Translations under genes and position numbers: made by a program
Notes under the pieces: model-generated
Databases searched by the model: none
Told to the model about the DNA's origin: nothing
Seen by the model: the letters and a program-made list of their open reading frames with translations, nothing else
Shown: piece by piece, positions 1-11,818 of the stretch
Numbering within the stretch: the stretch's first letter is position 1
How the letters are laid out: each line of letters begins with the position of its first letter
NCBI GenBank assembly: GCA_963693365.1
Contig: CAVNZM010000009.1
Location: 7,917,408 to 7,981,407 of the forward strand
Length of the DNA stretch: 64,000 bases
Direction of reading: 5' to 3'
DNA from: Amoebidium appalachense
Lineage: Eukaryota; Protista; Ichthyosporea

Positions 1-1
1 G

Positions 2-601
2 TATGCCCACCACCACTCGCCCTATTGGCTCCCCCCCAAGAACCAAAAGCAACCCGCAAACGGTGGTAATTTCACGACCATTGCCGGGGAGCAAATCAAC
101 AACAGCCTCAATGCATACGACAAGGAAGAGCTTCTGGTGTGCAACAGCAATCGGACCGGAATCGATTGCACTTCGTTTACGTCGTGGGTTTACAATTTCG
201 CCCTCGGGATTATGTTTGCGCCCGACACCACCGTGCAGTCAAGCATGGGGTTGCCTCGAATCACAGACCTGAACCTACTTCAGGACGGAGATCTCATGTA
301 TTTCAAGGCTTCTCCCACCGGCCCAAACATTACGCACGGCGGTATTGCTATGAACACCGCTTCTCGCGGAGTCATCGCGGTTACTTCCACTATTCAAGGC
401 GACGCCGACGGGCCACAGTTTAACTTCGACAGAAACAATTGGCCGTTGCAGAGTTTTGCACATGGGTTTAGCTTGGAGGATGTGTATAACGCGTGGACGG
501 CGGGAGGCAAAAAGGGCCTTGCCCCGGGATGGTGCTACAAGATTCCAACTGCCAGTGGCACGTGTTCGGACCTTGTGCCGGGCCTATCTTTCAGCGCATA
601 A
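2..601 (+). CDS. NlpC/P60 (C40) family cysteine peptidase, 5'-truncated by the window edge
   Basis: Frame 2 is open from base 2 to TAA at 599-601: YAHHHSPYWLPP...GIDCTSFTSWVYNFALGI...LQDGDLMYF...ITHGGI. The G-x-D-C catalytic Cys motif, GDL-x-x-F and the downstream His are NlpC/P60 hallmarks. No intron is visible in the 600 nt. Confidence 0.75.
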   Translation, partial: YAHHHSPYWLPPKNQKQPANGGNFTTIAGEQINNSLNAYDKEELLVCNSNRTGIDCTSFTSWVYNFALGIMFAPDTTVQSSMGLPRITDLNLLQDGDLMYFKASPTGPNITHGGIAMNTASRGVIAVTSTIQGDADGPQFNFDRNNWPLQSFAHGFSLEDVYNAWTAGGKKGLAPGWCYKIPTASGTCSDLVPGLSFSA

Positions 602-1510
602 TGTTGCTGCCGGCACTGCTAGACTAATCTGAGCCTGTTAGTGTAAATATAAAAAATTAAGTGAGCGTGGAATAGATTGGTGTTTTGAATATGTTTTCTC
701 GTAGAGTAGATGCTTGAAATGGTAATCTACGTTAGATCGATGCAGCTATTGCACAGAAAATCAAGTGAGTGCACGAGGAGTAAACTAAAAACGTACATGT
801 TTCTTAGAGTGATGCTTTAATTTGAAAGTGAAATTTACGTGAGATATTGTCTGGTGCACATGATAGTTGTTGCTAACCACAAGGGAAAGATAAGATGCAT
901 ATGCATGTGTAGGCATGGTTTAGTGCACGCAAGGACTTGAGAAAGGGGTAATGGGGAGGGAGGTGAGAGCTAAATAGAAGTTGGAAAACAAAGCTGTAGA
1001 TACAGACACCGGTCCCCAAATCCCGCAGGAAAGGTAAATCGGCCAATTTAAGTAAATGCTTTGATCTTGAGATATATTCATATTCCACGCACGGAAACGT
1101 TTTCCGTTTTCCGGCAACCATGGTGTCAAAGACATTGTGAACAAACAACATATAATCTTCCAAAAAGAAGTGCAAATTTAGAGAAAAGTGACATATGACA
1201 ACTCGACTAGAACTATAAACGGTAGGGGCATGCAGAAAATAGGACACGGGTAAAGCTGAGCATGTGAATGGCTATCGTTGGGCCATGTGCATACGCAGTC
1301 GCTATCGATCAGTTGGGATTGATACAGCCTGTTGTGCTATCAAAGTGCTGAAATGCACCATGGCAATCCACCACCACTTCTGCTTATCCAATCTTTTCTT
1401 TTACTTCTGGCACGCGAATTCATATGAGGGATAACTGTTGTCTATGATGAAACCCACCGGCACGCTTGTAAACACATACACACACCAAACACTAACAGTC
1501 TTGTGACATC

Positions 1511-1864
1511 ACACTAACAAACGTGACGGGATTTTGGCTGTCGTCGTGGTTGTTCCCAAGGAGGATTTCAATCTGGTAGGTGAAATTGCCAAATATGGTG
1601 GCATGTATTTTACCATATATGGAGTTCAAAAATAGTTCACGATACTGAGTGGTTTCCGAAGATCACCACTTGGTTTGTTTCTCTCATTTACAAAATGAGT
1701 GAGAGAGAAGGAAACACATGATGATGCCAGGAAGAAATAACGGGGGACACAGGTGTAGGGCGAGACTTCGTCTGCGGATATATTGTCCTTTTCGTTGTTG
1801 TGGGCACAAAAGGGTGTGTGTGTGTGTGTGTGTGTGCGTGTGTGTGTGTGCGTGCGTAAGTGTG

Positions 1865-1924
<60 letters not shown>

Positions 1925-1930
1925 CGTGTG

Positions 1931-1972
<42 letters not shown>

Positions 1973-2138
1973 GGGGGGGGTTGAGAGAGAAAGAGAATAA
2001 AAGCTAGGGACAACCCGTATGAGTGGGTATTGGGGTCGTATGGTTGGTGAGAGAGAGTGGCTGGGCAAGGAGTGATGGATGGAAAAGGGGGTTAGTAGCC
2101 TGTAGGTGATACAAGGTGACACACACACACACACACAC

Positions 2139-2195
<57 letters not shown>

Positions 2196-2277
2196 ATCCA
2201 CCCACCCACCCACCCACCCACTCACCCACCAACCCACCCACCCACCTACCCACTGCCTCACCCACCCATGCAACACC

Positions 2278-2314
<37 letters not shown>

Positions 2315-2580
2315 TCTCACCTTCCCCCCCCGGAGGCTCCCCACCCACTCTCACCCAAACTTGCGAACCAATCCCCCCCCCCCCCCCAAAAAAAAAAAAA
2401 TAAACACACAGAAAAACCACCTTGTGGGGCTCAAGCGGCCGTACCTGCAGTTGCGGTTCCACAACCAGCAAGACCTGATGGCTGTGCCCAAAGTGATTAT
2501 GCTGCAGGTGGCCAAGAACAAGGAGACGAGCAAGACCGCAAACATCTACAACGAGGATCAATTCACAAACAAGTATTGCC
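1511..2580 (+). pseudogene. Partial decayed duplicate of POLE (end of exon 5, intron 5, exon 6)
   Basis: 1528-1620 aligns to 19435-19527 (GILAVVVVVPKEDFNL|gtaggtgaaatt vs GILADVEVVHKEDLNL|gtgggtgaaatt). 2412-2572 matches exon 6 (20680-20840) at 152/161 nt, with AG and GT retained. No other POLE exon copies are recognisable nearby. Confidence 0.85.
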
Positions 2581-2691
2581 TTCCACCCACCTACTCTCAC
2601 CGAGTCTCTCACCCCCACTACTCTTTCTTATAATTCTTGATGTACTCCTGTTTTTGATTAGGCTGAGTTGGTCGTGTGGTTGAGAGAGGAG

Positions 2692-2729
<38 letters not shown>

Positions 2730-2979
2730 TTCCGCCACCCCTTCCCCCCTCCCCCAACCTGCCCAAAAAAGAAAAGAAAAACAAAAAGAAAATCTAACCT
2801 TCTTACCACATACATAGACACACGTCCCAAACCACTGCCAAGGCCGTTCTGCCCCCCCCCCCCCCCCCCCCCCCCCCTCCCACGCCCCGCCCCCCCCCCC
2901 CCCCCCCCCCCCAAAAAAAAAGAAAGAAGAAAAGCCCCTCTATTCCCCCTGTCCGCGCTCCTGCCCGCTTCCCCCTTCC

Positions 2980-3061
2980 ACTCACCTCCTAATAAATGGG
3001 CTCTGCTTATGACCGCTTCCCCCTTCCTCTCACCTATTAATAAATGGGCTCTGCTTATGAC
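2980..3061. repeat. Short direct duplication (ctcacct-n-taataaatgggctctgcttatgac x2)
   Basis: Two near-identical copies at about 2980-3012 and 3029-3061. Confidence 0.7.
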
Positions 3062-3539
3062 GTATATCGTAAGATGTAATGTGTGCTTCATTTCTGCATT
3101 GCCCCCCTCTATTCCCCCCTCATCCCCACCTTCCCCATAACCTGATCCTCCCCCCCTCCCTGCCGCCGCCCCCATCCCCCCAATCCCCCCCCCCCCCCCC
3201 CCCCTCCCGGGGCCTCCCCTCCCTTCCCTCTCCCCCGTCCACTATCCCCCCCCCCCCAATAACGCTCCCGAAACTCGGACATTGTGGATGACTTGGGCCC
3301 CCCTGAGCCTCGGGATCTGCTTATGAGGTATACTGTTCTTTTTATGTGCGCTTTGCATCCTGATATGTGTTGCCCGTAATGAATGAGTACTTTGTACACT
3401 TTGACGCTTTCTGCCCCCCCTCCCCGCCCCTCCCCCCCCTCCCCCCCTCCCCCCCCCCCCCTCCCCCCTGCCACCCCCCCACCACCGCACCCCCCCCCCC
3501 CCGTATGTTACACTCCCCCACCTCTCAACTATATCCACC

Positions 3540-3575
<36 letters not shown>

Positions 3576-4177
3576 CCCCCTGCACTCCCCGTCCGTTTTG
3601 CCTGGGGTATTTGATTTGAGTTGATTTGTTGTTGTAGGCTAGCTTTGTGCTGGCACTTGTGTGCCCTAATATGCTGACGGGTGTGCCCCCGACCACTCTA
3701 AGTGATATATAAATGACATGCTTGTAAGAGTTACCGTATTGGTTATGTGACACCTGGCGTGTCAACATATTATCCAGAGGCAGTAGTCAATAATAAATGT
3801 GCATTGATTCCCTGCAGATCTTCGGAAGCAGCTGGAGATACAGCTTGGCAAGGAGTATATAACAAATGTTATTAGTAATTGTGTGGTGGTTGGCGGGGTT
3901 TTTTGAGTAGGGAATGTTAGTGTGGTGGTTGGCGTGAAGTGGGGGTTGTCCACGTGTGTGTGTATGCGTGTGTTCGTGTACACATGTGTTTGTGTGTGTG
4001 AGTATGTGACTGTATGTGGTGTGTGCGCGTTTGCCAGTGTACCGGTGTGTCCATGACTCTATGTGTGCTGTCACAAGTTGATGCGACAATAGATAGCATC
4101 TGTGTGCATGTGTGTGTGCGTGCTGCGTGTGCGTGCGTGCGTCCGTGCGTCCGTGCGTGCGGTGTTTTGGTGATCCT

Positions 4178-4217
<40 letters not shown>

Positions 4218-4349
4218 AAGGATCTTACCATGTCCCATGTACTGGTTTCAGTGGAAAAGCTTCCCGGTACAAAGATTTCCTGTAAAATGCACAGGGGTGT
4301 GTGCGCGTGTACGTGTGTGTGCCAGTGTGTGTCTGGGGGGGGAGGGTGT

Positions 4350-4380
<31 letters not shown>

Positions 4381-4954
4381 GGGGGGGGGGGAGGGAGGTG
4401 AACTTGATAGCACTCGTGACCTATATTAAAACGTGGGTATCACACCGTACCTGAGAGGCACAATGGTGTAATGTATCTCTTACTTTTATTTACACAACGT
4501 ACAACTGATCCTGTCAATCGTGTGTCTCGTGGTACAGTCCTCCCTCAGGGAGGAATTCCCACGATCGATGATGATTCTCAGCTCAGGAGACCGTGGAAGA
4601 ATCCCATTGGCTAACACATAAAGCAATTCCTATTGGTTCACTTGCCTGGGTTATCATTGGCTTATCCCGCACCATACCATATAAGGCTACGGACGACCAT
4701 ATATGGCAAGTGCTATGTGCGGCCTGCGGTTTCAGTGCGACCGCACGTGATGAAGTGGGACGTGCATTACTGTATAATGGCGAATTCTCATCTCAGTGAA
4801 GACTATGTCAGCATTCCCCAATGGACTGCGTGCATGTGTCCTTGTACAGCACTGAAGTTCCAAGGAAGTCACTCCGCGGGTATAAACTAATCAAAGCGCC
4901 AGTGATTTTAGCAGCCTTGAGGGGCTACCGAGCCTGGGGAGAACCGGGCAGCAA

Positions 4955-4955
4955 G

Positions 4956-4986
<31 letters not shown>

Positions 4987-4995
4987 TGTGTTTGT

Positions 4996-5045
<50 letters not shown>

Positions 5046-5084
5046 CTCTGCTAGGCTAAACACAGCCTCAAGTCTCAGTGCACC

Positions 5085-5122
<38 letters not shown>

Positions 5123-5232
5123 TGTGCGTATGCGTGATGTGTACATGTGTGCGCGCGCATGGTGGTGTGTGTGTGTGTGCACGTGTGTGTGTGTGCGTGT
5201 GTGTGTGTGCGTGCGCCCGCGCGCGTGTATCA

Positions 5233-5282
<50 letters not shown>

Positions 5283-5585
5283 ACGCGCGCATGGTGTGTG
5301 TGTGTATGTGTGGACGTGTGTGTGTGCGTGTGTGTGCGTGCGTGCGCCCACGCGCGTGTGTACATGTATCATCGTGTCTGTGTGTGTGTGTGTCTGTATG
5401 TGTGTGTGTGTACATGTGTGTTTGTGTGTGTGTGTGTGTGTGTTGTGTATATGCGTGTGCACGCATGATGGTGTGTGTGTGTATCTGTGCACGTGTGTGT
5501 GTGTGCATGAGTGTGCGTGCGTGCGCCCACGCGCATGTGTATCATCGTGTGTGTGTTTTTGTGTGTGTGTTGTGTGTGTGTGTGT
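4955..5585. repeat. Compound (GT)n microsatellite block with higher-order repeat units
   Basis: (GT)n and poly-G interleaved with recurring motifs such as gtatcatcgtgt and gcgtgcgcccacgcgc. Confidence 0.85.
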
Positions 5586-5626
5586 ACTTGGTTGCAATGA
5601 CTCACCTTTAGAACGTGCACGTTGAG

Positions 5627-5693
5627 TGACTCGAATTTTGTTCGAGTGCTAAGCTCGTGAGTGACTCGAATTTTGTTCAAGTGCTAAGCTCGT
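5627..5693. repeat. Tandem duplication of about 34 bp (gtgactcgaattttgttcRagtgctaagctcgt)
   Basis: Two adjacent copies differing at one base. Confidence 0.75.
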
Positions 5694-6635
5694 ACTCCTG
5701 TGGTTCACGTGTTGCACTGCTTTATGGATTATGTACATGTCCACCAATATCACCAAATTCCGCTTTCGAAATTACGTAACTGTATCGACCACATAGGATT
5801 ACACTTGCCACGTACACGTGCACCCCGGCCCATATCAAAATAGTGCAAATCATTTTAGTTTTTACTGTTTTTGTTAACTCGTTTCCTCCATTTCCTTCAA
5901 TGCACATGCGCACGCGCACGCAGTAGTTGCCAATTATGATACAGCTCAAAGCTCACGTATATATCTGGTCAGAGCAATAATGGGGGAAAAACACACCGCA
6001 CACACCCATATATACATCACACCATTACAACAAGCAGGTATATATGGAGATGATTTCAGCACATACGATGATACAAACTTAAGTAATCAGCAATTGCAAA
6101 ACAATCAGCATATCGTGACTCAACTGTCTCATCAAATCAGATTAATAACATTAGCCGCCGGGACAGTCGCAATGCAGTCACAATTGCAAATTGCTAGCAA
6201 TATACCTACTTTCTTAGTCTTTTCTATATTAGAAACGTTTTTTTGCGCGCGCTAAAACGTCCCATTCATTGATTTTCATAAGGCCACTATAATTCGTATC
6301 ATGCCATCAACACCTTGCCGACCCCACATACATGTATATACCTATCACTACGTTCTTATGCATGGAGTGGTTAATCAGACCTACATGCCTATCATCTCAA
6401 GATTCGATTGCAAAACCACTTATTTGTAAACGAGAAAGAACGAGCAAAGGCAGGTCCTGCAGCTACATATTGAGAAAATACGAGCTCGAGAAGGCTAAAG
6501 AAGGGAGGAAATTGAGAGAAAGCCTCATCAGCGAGAGGAGAAGGAAGTGGGACTCAGCATATATTCAATAAATCGTAACTTACTCGTTGGATATTACAAC
6601 TCGTGCCTTGTATATCATAAATGGCAGGTCTAATT

Positions 6636-6948
6636 TTAGCCCAACAGCAGCCCGTCCACTTCGAGTCTGGTGCACACCACCAGCACGCCGTCTCTTTGCT
6701 GCACCCTCACCCCCCACAGCCGCAGCAGCAGCGTGCCCGTGACGTCACTGGCCCTGCAGTTGGCTGCCAGCTGGCTGAGGCACAGCACGGGGCTGAGCCC
6801 CAGCGGCAGGCCCACGGTGCTGCCGTCTGGCTCCTGCTGCCACCCATCACCGGCCCTGCACACGTGTAAGGGGGTTGCTTATTAGTGTCTTAGACCAGGT
6901 CTGCCCAAAACCCAACACACAGTCAGTGTGTGTGTGTGTGCGTGTGTG

Positions 6949-7017
<69 letters not shown>

Positions 7018-8354
7018 CTGTGCGTGCGTCCACGCCCGTGTATGTCCTGTGCATACTTCTGGTGGGATGTGCGAGTGTGTTTTTTTTTTTGTTTTTTTTT
7101 GGGGGGGGGGGGGGGGGGGGAGGGGGAGGGGGAGAGGGGAGACGGGGAGAGAGAGAGAGAGGGGGGGGGGGGGGAGGAGGTGCTGGGAGAGGGGGGGACG
7201 GGACATATGGTGCATACCTGAAGGTGCATTCCTCTGGCGGGGGGCAGGGCTGCAGCATGGCCCAGTGCACTGCCGAGGGCAGATAGGCGCCGCCACTGAG
7301 CGCACTTGTGGCTGCGGCCGTGAGTGTCCCCAGTGCCGTGCCCATGTGCCCGGGCAGACCCACCCACACAACCCTCTCGCCTGCACCCAGCTTCTGCGGC
7401 CAACTTCCACCCAGCAGGCCCCTCAGTGCAGCGACAGTGGGTGGCCATGTGCCATATTTGGCAATGTCGGGCCACCAGGCCAGCAGGGTGGCAGCCACCT
7501 GCAGGGCTTCATCCCCAGCCAGGGGCAGGCCAAGGCGCATGGGCTGCTGCAGCTGCAGCTCAAAGCCAGTACCCCCCAGCACGGGGCTGACAGATACATG
7601 GAAGGTGTAGGAGGCAGGGGTGGTCGGCAGAGAGGAGATGTCCTGCCAATTTGCTGGGCTGATGGTCGACACCAGCTCGGACACTGCAGTGTTCCGGTGT
7701 CAGATTTTGTGTGTGTCTACGTTGGGTTATCATTTAGAGTGTGTGTGCCTATGAGCTGTATCCAGCACAAAGCACATCATACACAGGCAAACACACCATG
7801 GGGCAGGCCAGCAGTGTATGGAATGAATAGCTCCAATCCAATTCGATCTCTACAAAAGTCTGCCAGCCAGAGCCATCCATCACAAACCAGCACTCACTGC
7901 CACACACTTCAAAGGTCACAGGAGGCAGGGGCATGGGAGGATTGCCCGGATAGGGCAACATGGAGGCCAAAGCCCCCAGCCAGGCCACCGCAGAGCTGGG
8001 CCCATGGAACACGGCCGGCAGGCAGCTGGGGGGTGCACCATCGGGCACAGCGCACACAGCAATGCGCCCCGTAGCAGTGTCGTAGGCTATGGGGGCTGCC
8101 TTTGAGGCCTGGGGGTTGAATATGTCTGCTATCTTCAGCCACTTGGGGGGTCTGGTGCCCAGCATGTGCTTCACACGATCTGCATAGTAGGCTAAGGGCC
8201 GTGGCTCGGTGAGCTGCTTGGTGGGGTTGCTGGGGTGCACTGTGTAGTAGAGGCTTGTGTTGGGGTCCTAGTACAACCACACACCACACTTAGCAGCAAG
8301 AAGTGTGAGCCACTGCTCTACAGCAACTTTAACCTGTGTGTGTGTGTGTGTATG

Positions 8355-8392
<38 letters not shown>

Positions 8393-8928
8393 TGTAATGG
8401 AAGGAAAGGGAGGGCGAAAGGGGAAGGTGGGAGTGTTAGTAGGCTGCTGCATGAACTACTAGCCAATGGTTGAGAGACATGCGACACACCAACTATTTTA
8501 CACACCTGCACCGCACATCCTTATACTACTCACTTACTCGCGGTCCCATCATTGTCATCCGCCCCACCCTCCCACCCCCCTTCATCCCCCCTCCCACCGC
8601 CCTCCTCTCCCTCCCCCTCCCCGTGCCCCCATCCCCCCCCCCCCCCCCCCCCACCCCGGCGCCCCCGGGCATCACCAACAGGCCTCACTCTCGTGTTAAA
8701 AACCTGTCCAATAAAACTACCGCTGGCTAATTGGGCCGAATCAGCACGAAACATGATTATTCCTAAAAAGGTGCAGCCCCCCCCCCCCCCCCCCCCCCCC
8801 CCCCCCACACACACACACAAACACACCAAGACACCCACACCACATTACATAGACACACCGTTACAGCACAGGCGTGCAGGCACAACTAGCATATAGGAAA
8901 CCAGGTTGAAGCAAACACACACCCATAT

Positions 8929-8964
<36 letters not shown>

Positions 8965-9450
8965 ACACCCCCCCACACACACGCACCTGGCTTGCCGGAT
9001 GTCTTCTGTGATAGGGTGCTCTGCTTGAGCCGCTTGGCCCCCTCCTCTGTGGTTGCTGCCTCCTCTGCCCCCCTCTTGGCCCCTGCCCCCCTGTCTGCCG
9101 GCCCATCTCCCCGGGCAGCTGCAGGTGCACTGGTGGCTGCAGACACAGCCTGGCCCCCAATCGTGACGTCACTGCTGGGCTGGCTGCAGGGGTGGGGCCA
9201 CGGTCAGAGGGCATGCCGATTGGATAACATGCACAGCCACACCTCAAGAAACCCCAAGACATGCACCAAGCACAGGCTCAAGACACCCAAAACATGTCAC
9301 CCACCTGCCATCAAGGGTGCTGGTGGGCTGTTGCTGGGCAGTGGCAGGGCCAGCAGGGGTCTGGAACAGGTCGGGCAGGCTGCCAACAGGGGGCACACTG
9401 TGGGATGGTCTGGTCAGCAGGTGTGGGCACAGAGGTACGTGTTCCAGACT
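6636..9450 (-). CDS. Five spliced exons of an uncharacterised protein; may be the 3' continuation of the kinase (pseudo)gene
   Basis: Phase-consistent GT-AG exons 9450-9305, 9183-8987, 8239-7898, 7683-7218 and 6855-6636 (stop TAA) give 457 codons: SLEHVPLC...GAKRLKQSTLSQK...VHPSNPTKQLTEPRPLAYY...LEVDGLLLG*. There is no start codon of its own. Kinase exon end 9882 to micro-exon 9685-9613 to 9450 would join in frame. No domain recognised. Confidence 0.55.
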
Positions 9451-9714
9451 CTAAGGAGCAGGGAGAAAGAAGGCAAAAGTGAATATGTATGAATGGGCAA
9501 AACGTAGCCCTCAATGTCGGCCCCACTGATGGCGCTGCCCGAAAGAAAAAGAAGAAGAAGAAGATGAAAAAGAAGGGATTAAAAAAAAAAAACAAAAAAA
9601 AAAAAAACACACTCGCGAACTGGAATTGAACCTGAGCCCCGAACACCACATCCAGTTGCCTACTTTGCAAGGTGAGGGGTGGGTACTGCACACAACAAAA
9701 TGTATGCATGTTCT

Positions 9715-9755
<41 letters not shown>

Positions 9756-9881
9756 CGCGTGCGCGCGCGTGTGTTTCTGTGAGTGTGTGTGCGCGTGCGT
9801 ATATGCTTTTTTGTGGTTATGTGCGAGGTGCGAAGGGTGTACAAAGGGGAAACGCAGAGGAAGAGATTGGGAAGCACCAAC

Positions 9882-11720
9882 CTAATGTGCAGGGCCATGC
9901 AGGCTGCGGCCAGCGTGTTGTTGTATGCCTCTTTCAAGTCACCCAGCAGCCTGCGAACTGCTTCGTTGGGGGCCTCTTTCTGGATGGCACCAAGCAGCGT
10001 CTCCACCTTCTCGCTCGCCATTTTCATTTCTATCTCAGCAACTTGCTGTGTCGTCTTGGGGATGGAGATGGAGATAGCCGGGCTCTGAGGTATGGGGGTG
10101 GCCTGCCTTGTTCGCCAGCCGGTGGGGGGGCCGGCCCGTTTCTGGATGTTTGTGATGGCGGAGATCACCCCCTCCATGGTCAGTCTCTGGGCTGAATCGT
10201 GCTGAAAGCAGCCCCGGAACAGCGCCTGCACGTCGGGTGGTACTGGCCCAGAGCACGCCTCGATAAATTTGAGCGTGTAGGTGACGTCGGGTGGGTGGTT
10301 GGGGTAGGGAGAGTGGCCTTTGTCTGCCTCACAGGATGGTGCGCCTTCAGGAAAGATGAAATAGTTTAAAGGCTTCAAGGTAAATTTTGCTTTGAACTGT
10401 TGGAGAACCGTAAACACCAACATGCCCACTTTCCAAACATCACACTTGATCGCATCTACAAACTTCTTTCCGTCCTTCTCGCTGCAGGCAGCAACCTCCT
10501 CAGGGGACATCTGCTCGACACGCCAAGGTGCACACGCCAACTTCGTCTTCGTTTTGGTTGCCAATCCGAAGTCAACTATCTTGGCCATGTATCCACCCGT
10601 CTCCCCCTTGACCACGAGGATGTTGCTGCGGTTTGCATCCATATGCGCTACGCCACAGGTGTGAATGTGCTAAAACCCAACAGCTACTTGGCGGAGAAGA
10701 TCCCACATGGTCGGCTCTGTAGTGCGAGGGCCTGTTCGCTGCTCATTCCCTCTTCCTTCTGCTCACGGTAGAAGTTCTGGAGGAAGATGTCTATGGCATC
10801 ACCCTCGTGGTAGCAAGAAAGCACCGCCTGAAAGGACAAAAAAAAAATCAGTGCATGTTCGAAAGCAGCAAGGCTTGCTAGATAAAGTAAAGCCTGATGA
10901 ACATCCTCTTCACTCCCAAAAAGATGTGGACTCTCATACAAAAGCATTTCTCAAAGTCTAACACACAATATGCAACACCAGAACTTCCATCCAGAAAGCA
11001 CACGTGTGTATGAAGTCGAAAAACAGCCTCTAGAAAAGTGCTGTGGTGGATTATAGCACAGAGGGCAAACGTCAAGTCTCAAGTTGGCATCACTCCACAA
11101 AGAAAAGATGCAGCAGTGATATACAATGTCTTGAGCAACCAGGCCTGAATACATCACCTTGAGGTGTATGCAAGTCACAGTTTGGAAATTGTCAGCGCGC
11201 AGCACTAATAATGCACGGCATCCACGTGTAAAATGCAAATACTAACTATGCCAGCAGCGTAGCTCGCATACAGATTGCGTACCGGATATCCCCTCCCCAC
11301 TATGACGTTTTCTCGTACGGTAACCAGAGCAGAAGGAACCACGACGTTGGGATGGGGCCTAACCAGCTTAGCATGCTGGAATTCTGAAACGAGCGAGGCA
11401 CCCTGTTTTTCTAGGTCCTTGGCTGCTTTGGAAGCAGCCTTGGTTGGGTCTTTCAAGAGCTTGAGAGAAACATTTGGTCTCAAAACAAACCGCATACCCT
11501 CATTCATGGATGGTGGGAGCCCCTGGCTATCTGGTAACGCCACTACATCTACCGCAGACATCCCACCCTGAAGTCTCCCAGGCGGGACAACGACTACTTC
11601 TGCCGACACCGTTAACAAGCGTGTGTCCGCCATCTTTAAGTTAGCTATAGAGCCCTGCACCACCATCCGCATTTTTCTTTTTCTTGTTGAACAGGTTTCA
11701 AGAAGGGTAAAGTGTTGCAT
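9882..11720 (-). pseudogene. Atypical protein kinase, disrupted
   Basis: Exon 11720-11283 (..LVSEFQHAKLVRPHPNVV..GYP|gtacgc) and exon 10827-9882 (AVLSCYHEGD..). Motifs: HIHTCGVAHMDANRSNILV, AKIVDFGLA, MSPE, CDVWKVG, CFQHDSAQRLT. A frameshift near 10715-10730 is needed to reach MWDLLRQVAVGF, and an in-frame TAG lies at 10672-10670. Confidence 0.75.
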
Positions 11721-11731
11721 AATCCCCTTTT

Positions 11732-11747
11732 CACGTCAATGACGTCA
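11732..11747. promoter_or_regulatory. CRE-like palindrome TGACGTCA plus adjacent half-site
   Basis: TGACGTCA at 11740-11747 and CACGTCA at 11732-11738, between the kinase start and the LINE 5' end. Motif match only. Confidence 0.3.
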
Positions 11748-11818
11748 TCAGTTCACAATATACACTAAGCGTACTCATGTTTGTCACGATACCATGAGCT
11801 AATATTAGATCATAAAGA

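Noticed and set aside
3255-3330. Possible copy of POLE exon 7 continuing the duplicate
   Set aside because: Similarity is limited to a few bases (gactgggcccc-like), and the translations do not align convincingly.
4455-4950. Unique non-repetitive island, possibly a solo LTR or C/D snoRNA (ATGATGA near 4568)
   Set aside because: No terminal inverted ends, target-site duplication, paired D box with terminal stem, or credible ORF could be shown.
9311-10642. 443-aa ORF as an intact kinase
   Set aside because: It starts inside the catalytic loop, downstream of a frameshift and a stop, and its last 190 or so codons read through introns.
10670-10672. In-frame TAG as stop-codon reassignment or readthrough
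   Set aside because: A frameshift lies close by, TAG terminates the LINE and PIN ORFs normally, and none of the 2285 POLE codons is an internal stop.
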